A stretch of 64,000 nucleotides of DNA, from sequence record PP695294.1; one strand, given 5' to 3'. The notes under the pieces were generated by a model that ran no database searches, was not told the origin of the DNA, and saw nothing but the letters and a program-made list of their open reading frames with translations. Made by a program: the position numbers and the translations under genes. Positions 35,447-44,100 of the stretch are shown piece after piece (position 1 is the stretch's first letter; each line of letters opens with the position of its first letter).

Positions 35447-36120
35447 TGAGCCAGGAACCTACATTTAACGGTGTACCGTTAAGTCAGATGAATGAGCAGA
35501 TGCGCTTTGAGTATAACAAACTCAAAGAGATTGAAAACGATTTGGCGGAAAGCCAGAACGTCTGTAGTGTCTTCACCGAAGCACAGTTCCGTCGACAGGG
35601 CTTACCACTGCTGTCCGGGATGCTGGATGGTACTTTTAACGAAGAGACCTGGACGGCTTACGTAGGAAGTCCATTTGTACCCCTACAGATTGTGGACGAT
35701 GCTGATAACAGCAAACTGCTATTTACCATCCCTGCTCTGTTGAACACCGGTCGCTCGTTAATCACCGTTGACGGCGAACCCTCCCTCTCCGATGAGACTG
35801 AGTACATCCGTCGTCAGGTTGATGTGATTGCAACCGTCGGTGAAACCCAGATGTACAAGATGATCGATTACACCTTAACCGGGATCGAAAATATGTCTCT
35901 GGCTGAAAATTCAGTTCGTGCGAAGTACATTATTGACTTGCTGAACTGGATTTTCCGACGCTACGGTGTGGGTGGTCAATTGCCATATCCGGAAGGGTTG
36001 GTTGAATACGTCGATAAAATTACCGGCGGTAAAAACACGGCGACAGCTGCAGAGACTTCGGTGCAAGCCCCAGCTCAAACGCAGCCAATCGTAGGGATCG
36101 GTGATGGAGAAGATTACTAA
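35446..36120 (+). CDS. Conserved hypothetical protein (224 aa)
   Basis: TAATG coupling; GAGG SD. Confidence 0.65.
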   Translation: MSQEPTFNGVPLSQMNEQMRFEYNKLKEIENDLAESQNVCSVFTEAQFRRQGLPLLSGMLDGTFNEETWTAYVGSPFVPLQIVDDADNSKLLFTIPALLNTGRSLITVDGEPSLSDETEYIRRQVDVIATVGETQMYKMIDYTLTGIENMSLAENSVRAKYIIDLLNWIFRRYGVGGQLPYPEGLVEYVDKITGGKNTATAAETSVQAPAQTQPIVGIGDGEDY

Positions 36121-37252
36121 ACCTCCTAAGAAACCAGAAGGTGTTAAGCGCCTTTTGAACACTAACGATATCCATTTGTTGCATAAGCGTGTGCCTACTT
36201 GGCACATCGTGGATGTGATACGTGAGGTACTCATTAGCTGCGAAAATACGCTTGATGCCTTTTATATAGCAGGGGATTTATTTGATGATTCCCGACATCT
36301 TCGCCAGGAAGATTCTCAAGAAGCTGTGGGCTTCTTGACGTGGTTGCTCCAGTGGTCTAAGGCCACTAATACCGCAGTTCGCATCGTTGAGGGAACACCG
36401 TCCCATGACCATGGCCAGTCCAAAATAGTTGAGTCGCTGAACATCAGTATAGGCGCAGACTGTTTGTATTTGGCAGGGATCGGGATATTTTACGATCCGG
36501 CTCTCGATGCGATGGTAGGTTGGGTGCAGGACGAATATAAAGCTGCTGGCGTCGATGAAATTAATGCTGCTGCCACTGAGGCAGAAATGGCAGAACTGAT
36601 GGCGACACGAGGCTTGGAGAAGTTAGACTTTATCTTCATGCACGGCTGCTTCCAGTTTCAACTCCCTGTCGAGTCCCCTCGTTCTTTCCACGAGGAGTTC
36701 TGGTTGCCGAGAGTCAAGCACCTGATATTTATCGGACATGACCATCGACCCAAGGAATTAGACAAGATAAGAGTTGTAGGTAGTCCTGAGCGACTATCTC
36801 AAGGTGAAGAGGAGGACAAAGGCGTAGCTCTTGTCGATTTCACCGATACGGTTGCCAGGGATTATTTCCTGGTTAATCCACGCGCGTGCCCGCAGAAAAA
36901 GATTCGGGCACAGGAAGACTTTGATGCGCAGTTAGCAGCTTGTCTTTCTGCATTAGAATACATCGACAATCATCCCTCGTCCGCTATTGGGCGATTTGAG
37001 GTCGAGTATTACGCAGGCTCACCGATGGCCGAATACGTCAGTCGGTGGAAAAAAGAATACACGTTCCACATATCTGGAGAACGTGTGCGCTCCTCTGAAG
37101 AGGAGGAGTTGTTAGTGAAGAGTTTTTCGAACGAAGCCCCAGTGTACGAAAAACCTACTCCTGAGAACTTCGAACGGTTGGTTCTCGAAGAGCTAACATC
37201 AGTGAAGTACGACCCTGATGTTGTTACTGCAATCATTAGGAAAATAGAATGA
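36101..37252 (+). CDS. sbcD: SbcD/Mre11-like metallophosphoesterase nuclease
   Basis: Motifs NDIH, AGDLFD, GTPSHD, MHG and GHDH. Confidence 0.85.
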   Translation: MMEKITKPPKKPEGVKRLLNTNDIHLLHKRVPTWHIVDVIREVLISCENTLDAFYIAGDLFDDSRHLRQEDSQEAVGFLTWLLQWSKATNTAVRIVEGTPSHDHGQSKIVESLNISIGADCLYLAGIGIFYDPALDAMVGWVQDEYKAAGVDEINAAATEAEMAELMATRGLEKLDFIFMHGCFQFQLPVESPRSFHEEFWLPRVKHLIFIGHDHRPKELDKIRVVGSPERLSQGEEEDKGVALVDFTDTVARDYFLVNPRACPQKKIRAQEDFDAQLAACLSALEYIDNHPSSAIGRFEVEYYAGSPMAEYVSRWKKEYTFHISGERVRSSEEEELLVKSFSNEAPVYEKPTPENFERLVLEELTSVKYDPDVVTAIIRKIE

Positions 37253-38085
37253 ATCCAATCAGTGTTGATCGCACTTTCGGGTTCTATTCAGTGTCAATCG
37301 CCAGTTCGCTGGCGTTTGAAGGTCTGCTGCATACCGGCGAATACGCCGACTGGAAAGGCGAATTGCCTATCCATTCCTATCAGGAAATATACCTGAATCT
37401 CCGGACATTGTTCCGTAACGCCTTCTATGCGTTTGAAGAGAATAGAGAACGGTTAACACCCGACGTGATGCTAACATCGATTGAAGAAGATATTAATAAT
37501 CTTACGGCTACCGCGAGAGCGGTAGCCCCTTCGGTGTTATGCGTTCCGTACCTTTGTAGCTATCGTAGCGCTAACAAAGTGTTTCCCGAAGCCTCGTTCA
37601 AAAACATTGCAGGCGGTCAGGATAAGATGACGCCAAACCAGCTGCACTATAATGCACTGGAACACGACACCTTAAAAATGTACGGTGAGAAACACGAAAA
37701 TGACTTCCGTCAATTCGATGTTTTCCCAGAGGGTAGCCGCGACACACTGTTACTGACCCACATGCCAGCTGATCTCCTGGCACGTAAAGATTTCCCTAAA
37801 CTGGGTTTGTTGGAATCGCACACCGGTAAAGTGAAAACACAACTGGAGTGGTACACCAAACTTAACGGGAAACCCCAACATATTCCGTTTAACAAAGCGT
37901 TCCTGACGTTGTTTGGCGACGGGATAATGTTTTCACCCCTCGATCGCAAAACGCGTGGAGTGGTGTTAAAAACCGCAGAGAAGTACAGCTGGAAACAGGA
38001 TACCACAATGGACCGTATTTATAACTGTCTAAAACTGGTGAATGAGCCATTTGTAATTGAACTGCTCCGCAGGCTTATGAAGTAA
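37249..38085 (+). CDS. Conserved hypothetical protein, weak PIN/FEN 5'-nuclease-like pattern
   Basis: 278 aa, ATGA coupling; YLNLRTLFRN and LLTHMPADLL segments. Confidence 0.5.
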   Translation: MNPISVDRTFGFYSVSIASSLAFEGLLHTGEYADWKGELPIHSYQEIYLNLRTLFRNAFYAFEENRERLTPDVMLTSIEEDINNLTATARAVAPSVLCVPYLCSYRSANKVFPEASFKNIAGGQDKMTPNQLHYNALEHDTLKMYGEKHENDFRQFDVFPEGSRDTLLLTHMPADLLARKDFPKLGLLESHTGKVKTQLEWYTKLNGKPQHIPFNKAFLTLFGDGIMFSPLDRKTRGVVLKTAEKYSWKQDTTMDRIYNCLKLVNEPFVIELLRRLMK

Positions 38086-38088
38086 GTT

Positions 38089-38097
38089 AAAATTTAC
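38089..38097 (+). promoter_or_regulatory. AAAATTTAC middle-promoter-like motif
   Basis: Recurrent intergenic 9-mer. Confidence 0.55.
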
Positions 38098-38150
38098 GTT
38101 AGTGGGACATCATGTGTGAACCACTAGACTGCTTTTCCGAAAAGGATGAA

Positions 38151-38810
38151 ATGATGATTAACCAAGAAATTTTCAAAGACAAATGGCTTTACCCGCAGAC
38201 CGAACCGGATCAGCAAAACCGTACGCGTAAACTCAACATCGAACCGAATGATTTCAACGGTGATGTTGAAACTATGAAATTTAGCTACTCCTTTGGTAAG
38301 GGCGAAGGTCTCTATTTCTCTGCGCCGATTACGGTTTGCCGTACCATTATCGAAGCTCTGCAGGATTGTCTGCGTAAGAGCGAAAAGAGTATGCTGAAGT
38401 TTACTAACGAAAACGGCAACAAACCGCCCGTTAGTCTGATTGTTGGCCGTGAAGACAACCTGGTACCGTTCATCGCTATTGCCGGTGAAATCCAGGGCGT
38501 TGGTGCCCGCCAGAAGAAGTTCTACTTCTCCTACCCGAAAGGTTTCCGTATTTTCCGCGACGGCCAGCAGGTTTCTGATTTAGAACTTGCCGAGCGCTGC
38601 GCACGTGCGTTTATCACTAACTTCGAGAAGTTCTTACAGAACCTGGAAGAGAAATATAAGCCGCGTGAATTCCAGCAAGGTGGCGGTAGCTTCGGTCGTG
38701 GTGGATACGGCGGTGGCCAGGGTGGTGGTCAGCGTAGCGGCGGCGGTTATCAACAGCAGCAACAATCTGCACCTCCAGCAACCACTGATTCTTACGACGA
38801 ATTCCTCTAA
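38151..38810 (+). CDS. Single-stranded nucleic-acid binding protein, ChmC-like (start revised to 38151, 219 aa)
   Basis: AAGGA SD; beta-rich core, G/Q-rich disordered tail and acidic end (SYDEFL). Lies just before the gp68-like and PicA-like genes. Assigned by synteny. Confidence 0.55.
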   Translation: MMINQEIFKDKWLYPQTEPDQQNRTRKLNIEPNDFNGDVETMKFSYSFGKGEGLYFSAPITVCRTIIEALQDCLRKSEKSMLKFTNENGNKPPVSLIVGREDNLVPFIAIAGEIQGVGARQKKFYFSYPKGFRIFRDGQQVSDLELAERCARAFITNFEKFLQNLEEKYKPREFQQGGGSFGRGGYGGGQGGGQRSGGGYQQQQQSAPPATTDSYDEFL

Positions 38811-38829
38811 GAAACAAAATAAAAAATAC

Positions 38830-38849
38830 GCCCAAGGGAAACCTTGGGC
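38830..38849. terminator. Terminator-like hairpin
   Basis: GCCCAAGG-GAAA-CCTTGGGC preceded by an A-tract. Confidence 0.55.
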
Positions 38850-38896
38850 TATTAACGCTTATGCGTGGTCCTGCAACACACACTGTAAGAAGATTG

Positions 38897-38911
38897 AGAT
38901 AGATATTATCT
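38897..38911 (+). promoter_or_regulatory. Early promoter-like motif
   Basis: AGATAGATATTATCT. Confidence 0.7.
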
Positions 38912-38945
38912 CAGTGCAATCGACTATTCGCGGAGTTCAACTATA

Positions 38946-40580
38946 ATGAAAATTATGAAGATTAAAGACCGGATGACAATCGAGCATCATGGTCAAGAGG
39001 TCACATTTATTGGCTTACGTTATCGGAAGGATAACAACGCACCTGACTACATCACTGTTAAAGGTAAACAGATTGCACGCGACAACATTCTCTTCATGGA
39101 ATTACAACGCGTGTGGGATTATTTAACGCCAGACGAACAAGATGAACTGTTCATGGCGTATCTGATGCTGGACGAGCTGGCAAACGAATCGACGGAAACG
39201 CAGCGTAAGCACATGCCGAAGATTGTGCAGACGATTGCGAAGTTCCACAAGGCCGAAGTGTATCGTAAGCTGTATCCCATCGATAAGCTGTGGATTCCGC
39301 AGAACATGGAAGATACGCACGATGAAATGAACAGTAATTATCCGGAAGCGATGACGTACATTCGTCCGGACTATTACGAGTTGTTGATACTGGTCCTGAT
39401 GATTAAACCGTATATTCCGGTGTTCCTCACCATGGGGACGTTCCCGATAGGTAAGAACTTGCCAATCGAAACACATCGGAAAATGGTGTACAATCTGACA
39501 TACTGTCTGGAGATGCTTCAAGACACAGAAGTCATGTCTTTACCTGCTATTCCGAAACTGCGTGGGTTCCTACAGACAGTGATGGAAAAGGTAGAAAAAG
39601 AACTGGCAAACAAAGGTACGAACAGCACCAGTTTGTCGGTACTAGCTACGGTACGGGGCTATGGCACGGATATGATGGAAGATTATATCCTGGCGTATGC
39701 TATTATTAAATTGTTGGCTGTCCGTGAAGTCGGTGGTGAATTACCGGTTGAAATCATGGTTAACAACAATATCGTCACCGGCATGTATTTTCTGGTTAAA
39801 CAAGAGATTGAAACAGGTTTTGCAAACAAAATCTCTAACCAGCCGGTGCTGTTAAAAGCGCATCCGGAAAGTGTGGTATTCAATGGCGAAAAGGGTAAGA
39901 TAAACGCCATGGATTTGGTGCAGGCACGTTCTCCTGCACAGATGAAAGAATACGTCCGTACCGAGTACGTATTTAAAGAATACCGCTCTTTCTTGAAAAC
40001 AATGCGTCTGGATAATGCCGCTCCAGCAGATGTTAAGTTATTGATTGATTCGCAACTGGCAACACATGACGGTCCTGTCTATACGTTGCACGAATGGTTA
40101 GTCGCATTAGCACTCCATCGTAGCGCGCATTATAAGACGTATACTGAATGTGGACCAGAAGCGTTTCGCTACGGTATGGCGTTGGCACAGGCAACTTATC
40201 TCAATTATGGAATGTATGACGTTGCGCAACTGTTAAGTTGCAATATGGTGCGTTCTGAGATGTCTGCCGGTTATGCAGCCGACCCAATTCGATCTGAACT
40301 CAAAGCAGATTTAGATAGATATTATCTTCAGGAGTATCGCAACCCGCGTAATCTCGAACCGCAATCTACACCACGGGAATCACTGACCTTGTTACACAAG
40401 GATCACATCAACCCGTATCTGTTCCATCTCAGGGCTACACCAGAAGCAGCTGCGCTGCTGAAGTGTGAGACGGATCAGCCAAACTATATACCTCACTTGT
40501 CACTGCACAATAGCCTGGCGGAGTTTATGGTGTTGAATGCACGTCGCAAGTTAGAAGAAGTTGAATGGTTTAATTCTTAA
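38946..40580 (+). CDS. nvRNAP promoter-specificity (sigma-like) subunit, phiKZ gp68-like
   Basis: 544 aa helical protein with an early promoter; position two genes before the nvRNAP beta block. Assigned by synteny only. Confidence 0.6.
   Translation: MKIMKIKDRMTIEHHGQEVTFIGLRYRKDNNAPDYITVKGKQIARDNILFMELQRVWDYLTPDEQDELFMAYLMLDELANESTETQRKHMPKIVQTIAKFHKAEVYRKLYPIDKLWIPQNMEDTHDEMNSNYPEAMTYIRPDYYELLILVLMIKPYIPVFLTMGTFPIGKNLPIETHRKMVYNLTYCLEMLQDTEVMSLPAIPKLRGFLQTVMEKVEKELANKGTNSTSLSVLATVRGYGTDMMEDYILAYAIIKLLAVREVGGELPVEIMVNNNIVTGMYFLVKQEIETGFANKISNQPVLLKAHPESVVFNGEKGKINAMDLVQARSPAQMKEYVRTEYVFKEYRSFLKTMRLDNAAPADVKLLIDSQLATHDGPVYTLHEWLVALALHRSAHYKTYTECGPEAFRYGMALAQATYLNYGMYDVAQLLSCNMVRSEMSAGYAADPIRSELKADLDRYYLQEYRNPRNLEPQSTPRESLTLLHKDHINPYLFHLRATPEAAALLKCETDQPNYIPHLSLHNSLAEFMVLNARRKLEEVEWFNS
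40313..40327 (+). promoter_or_regulatory. Early promoter-like motif inside the gp68-like CDS, 265 nt before the PicA-like gene
   Basis: AGATAGATATTATCT, identical to the intergenic copies at 38897 and 44056. Confidence 0.5.
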
Positions 40581-40592
40581 GGAGTATTTAAA

Positions 40593-42293
40593 ATGCAGCT
40601 TGTAAATCTACTGATGTATCCGGTCTACGATGTTCCAGAGCAAGTTCGTCGCCGCATCGGCTTTAACGCATCGACGGGTGCACTGGATGACTTAGCAGCA
40701 GCGGTTGAACTGGGCGGGGAAAAAGCTGTGGGAACACAGCAGTATCAAGAAGCATTATCTGCCATCGTGGGCTTCGATGGCACCCAGAATGGTTTTGAGC
40801 GTCCATTCATCAACGTGTCCGATGATGACAATCGTCCTGTACAGTTCCAATGGGAATCACGTGATACCGGTATCTTTAACTTCGTGGCGGTGTTTATTGC
40901 TAAACCTCTGAATGCAACACGCACTCAGGAAACGCAATACATCGTATCCGGTTATACCAGTCAGGCAGAAACCAGCCTGGGTAGCTTGCTGCCGGACGAT
41001 ATGGTGTTGTACATTAACGACATCTACGGCTTACAGGCAACGTATACACACGATGCCTTGGGCGGCAAAACATTGAACCCAGACTCATTCCGTCTACTGG
41101 ATAACTACGTTTTATCGAAAGCGTTGTCTGTTGAAGGTCAAACAGAAAGTACGGTAGATATCATTTCGATCGCGAAAGCGGCGGACATGGTAAAACGTAT
41201 TGAAATGAACAGCGGTGAGAAGTTCGTTCCAACGAGCGACTCTGTACTGTCCGCAACCAGTAGCTCTGCACCACAGTTGATGGTATCCCAACTCCAGCGT
41301 CCAGAAAACTACGTATCTGCCATCAGTAATGCGTATCTGGCAAGCTCTGGGGTAGATACCGAACTCGGTAGCGTGGAAAGCTTCTTTGCAGGTAATAACT
41401 CCATCGGCGTTGAATCTGAATTGAAGCAACGTGGTGTTATCCGTAACTACAGCAACCACGAACTGATTGCTGCGATGCGTCAAGCACTCCAGAACGGGAT
41501 GTCTGATGTATCTGGCGGCTGGAAAGCAACCAGTAAGGCGACGTTCCGTTTGGCTGATTTGCGTAATGCGATTGTCAACCCAATGCGGTTGGATGAATGT
41601 ATCCGTGAATCGCTGGCGCTGGCAAGTCGCCGTGGGTTGGGTGCAGGGCTGGTTAACCAAACCGACCACTGGATTGGACGTAATGGCTTCTCCACGCAGG
41701 GTAGTCTAGTTGCGTATGATCTGGCTATGTCTATCGGGCCGATTATGTCACGTAACCTGATTGGTGAAGTGAGCTTTGTCTTTGATAACCGCAACACAGA
41801 TATCATGATAGAGCCTACGCTGGAAGTTATTCCTAACTCAGTCAGCAGCATCACGCACCATCAGTTACCTGCTGCGTTAGGTCGTCGTTTCTTGCAGAAC
41901 ATGAAAGAAGCGATGGTTCAGGTTACTAAACATAACCATATTCGCTGCCACATGCTGGTCACCGCATTGTTGGGGACCGTTACTCGTATTGAAATCCGTG
42001 TCGACGACGAACCGCTGGAATATTACACCTACGCGTCGTTTATGCAATTCCGTCTCCATACCGGCAACACCACCGATCTCAAATACGTTGGTGAGCTGGC
42101 ACAGAACACCGCAACGCTGTTGAAAGCCGTGGAAGAAGGTTATACAGAATTCGAGAAAGGCCAAGGCCGGGGTCGAATGCTATCTAACATTCCAACTAAC
42201 ACAGGTGGCTTAGATCCTCTTGGAGGTCTTGACCTGGGTGGTGGCTTAGGCGGTATAGGCGGAAACGGACTCGGCAACGGTCTCATTGATTAA
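40593..42293 (+). CDS. Nuclear import factor PicA/Imp1-like (phiKZ gp69 position)
   Basis: 566 aa, AAGGAG SD; synteny only; Gly/Leu-rich C-tail. Confidence 0.55.
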   Translation: MQLVNLLMYPVYDVPEQVRRRIGFNASTGALDDLAAAVELGGEKAVGTQQYQEALSAIVGFDGTQNGFERPFINVSDDDNRPVQFQWESRDTGIFNFVAVFIAKPLNATRTQETQYIVSGYTSQAETSLGSLLPDDMVLYINDIYGLQATYTHDALGGKTLNPDSFRLLDNYVLSKALSVEGQTESTVDIISIAKAADMVKRIEMNSGEKFVPTSDSVLSATSSSAPQLMVSQLQRPENYVSAISNAYLASSGVDTELGSVESFFAGNNSIGVESELKQRGVIRNYSNHELIAAMRQALQNGMSDVSGGWKATSKATFRLADLRNAIVNPMRLDECIRESLALASRRGLGAGLVNQTDHWIGRNGFSTQGSLVAYDLAMSIGPIMSRNLIGEVSFVFDNRNTDIMIEPTLEVIPNSVSSITHHQLPAALGRRFLQNMKEAMVQVTKHNHIRCHMLVTALLGTVTRIEIRVDDEPLEYYTYASFMQFRLHTGNTTDLKYVGELAQNTATLLKAVEEGYTEFEKGQGRGRMLSNIPTNTGGLDPLGGLDLGGGLGGIGGNGLGNGLID

Positions 42294-42305
42294 GGATTAT
42301 TAACC

Positions 42306-43673
42306 ATGAAATTGATTGAATTCTACCGTTCGTTTCTGACCTCGCTCGGATACGGATTCGAAGGTGACATGCTGACTATCGATGATGGTCATCCGGCAAT
42401 GTTCACCTACAACAAAGTGAAGCGCCGCTTGGTGCTTCCAACTGCAGCGATGATTAAGCGTGGGTTGGAAGATGACGAAGGTAGTGAATGTCATGCGTTC
42501 CACCCACTGTGTGAATCGGTACTGGCTGGCGAATCTGGAACGATTCGTTTCCTGAAGAAAGCCATCAACGCGAACCTCTTCCTGAAAAGCTTCGAGTTAA
42601 TCGATGCGATTTTGGAAACAGCAGCCGAAGGAAAAAATATCCGTCTGGCAGCGTACAAGAAGTTTTTAAGCGATGTGGTTTGTGCTGACCTGAAAGATCC
42701 AACGATGGATAAGAAACTGGTTCAGAGCTGGCACGCAGTGAAGAACTACGTTTACGGGTTGCTGGAAGAAGATAAAAAGACAAAGATCACCAGTATCTTC
42801 ATCTCCAGCGATATGACCATTGAAGGTATCAAATATATCCGTGTGGCGAACTACAAACACATGTTTGAAGAAGAGTCACTGGATGGTACGGCAACATTCT
42901 TCGGTGCCAAGCTCCAGCGTAAGCAGGATAAGGTCATTATCTTTAACCTGCTAACTGCAGTGTTTGGTTGGTATCCTTCGGTTACGGGTTCTAACGATCC
43001 GCGTCCGTACTTCGGTTCTTTGGCACGCGGTTGGGCACAATACGTGACCAACTACAATCAAGTGGTTCGTGGTCTGCGTGACCACACTCCACTGCGTCCG
43101 TTAGAAGAAGAATGGATTGGCCAACTGGATAACATGAGCGTTTATGATAACGTTATCCAAACTCTGCCGTATAATACCGGCCCACGCACCGATCAGGCAA
43201 CAGACACCACCGCAACGGATTTCCGTATCGGGCGTACACCTGCCGGCACAAAGCCGGTCGTTGCTTTAGCTTCTCAACAAGCTCCGCAGGAAAATCTTGA
43301 TCTCAACGATCCGGTAAACTATTTCCGCGCGAAGAAAGCGCAACAGGCGTCTTCAGCTAATAGCTTCAATGCGTTAGCACCGAAGATTCAGGAAGCGCTG
43401 CGTGAGAACAACGGCCATTTACCGAAAGGGACAATTAAAGAACTGTCTCTCGGTGAAGCGCTGCGTGGTAATGCGGTGACGAAAGAAAGTGGTCTGGGTT
43501 CTGGTTTGCTGGGAAGTAGTAATAATCTCTTGGGGGGTAGCACGCAGTTGGGCGGCGGTAGCACCAACCTCTTAGGAGGGAGTAGTGACGTGTTAGGTGG
43601 TCTGGGTGGTTTAGGTGGCGGAAGTAGCAGCAGTTTAGGCAACCTACCATTCTCATCAGCTAATTTACGTTAA
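42306..43673 (+). CDS. Conserved core protein (phiKZ gp70 position) with a long LGG-repeat tail
   Basis: 455 aa, AAGGA SD; followed by a terminator. Confidence 0.65.
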   Translation: MKLIEFYRSFLTSLGYGFEGDMLTIDDGHPAMFTYNKVKRRLVLPTAAMIKRGLEDDEGSECHAFHPLCESVLAGESGTIRFLKKAINANLFLKSFELIDAILETAAEGKNIRLAAYKKFLSDVVCADLKDPTMDKKLVQSWHAVKNYVYGLLEEDKKTKITSIFISSDMTIEGIKYIRVANYKHMFEEESLDGTATFFGAKLQRKQDKVIIFNLLTAVFGWYPSVTGSNDPRPYFGSLARGWAQYVTNYNQVVRGLRDHTPLRPLEEEWIGQLDNMSVYDNVIQTLPYNTGPRTDQATDTTATDFRIGRTPAGTKPVVALASQQAPQENLDLNDPVNYFRAKKAQQASSANSFNALAPKIQEALRENNGHLPKGTIKELSLGEALRGNAVTKESGLGSGLLGSSNNLLGGSTQLGGGSTNLLGGSSDVLGGLGGLGGGSSSSLGNLPFSSANLR

Positions 43674-43679
43674 GCGTTA

Positions 43680-43711
43680 GAAAGAAGGGACTGGGCGTCC
43701 CTTCTTTTTTT
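43680..43711. terminator. Bidirectional terminator
   Basis: AGAAGGGAC/GTCCCTTCT plus T-tract, between convergent genes. Confidence 0.8.
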
Positions 43712-44034
43712 CAAGATTCTACGATAGTCGATAAGATGTTACTTACCACACCGACACTAGGAACCAATAAGGTTCTTATCTCTGGCGTGAAATCAAACGG
43801 AGTAGAAATTCCGTTCATTAACATCATCGGATAAATAATACTATTATCGTACTGTTTGAGACGACAGTACGCGTAGAAACTGTGTACCTCTGGGTAGGCA
43901 TATTTTGGGTCAACAACTTCTTCTGTAGTATCTGGGTGTTTGCGAAGGAAGTCTGTATAGTCATGCAACACCTTATACTTGGTCGAATCAGGCGAAGGTA
44001 TTATTTCGGATAAGGTAGCAAATTTATCTAGCAT
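43711..44034 (-). CDS. Small LysM-like / T4 gp53-like baseplate wedge protein
   Basis: AAGGAGGA SD; YPMMLMNGISTPFDF...LLVP resembles the I...N.I.dP...L.IP LysM/gp53 pattern. Confidence 0.5.
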   Translation of the reverse strand: MLDKFATLSEIIPSPDSTKYKVLHDYTDFLRKHPDTTEEVVDPKYAYPEVHSFYAYCRLKQYDNSIIYPMMLMNGISTPFDFTPEIRTLLVPSVGVVSNILSTIVES

Positions 44035-44055
44035 CGTCTCTCCTTAAAATAAAAC

Positions 44056-44070
44056 AGATAGATATTATCT
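44056..44070 (+). promoter_or_regulatory. Early promoter-like motif
   Basis: AGATAGATATTATCT, 30 nt before the nvRNAP beta gene. Confidence 0.7.
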
Positions 44071-44100
44071 TACCGAGGTAACCAAAAGGAGCATTTACGA

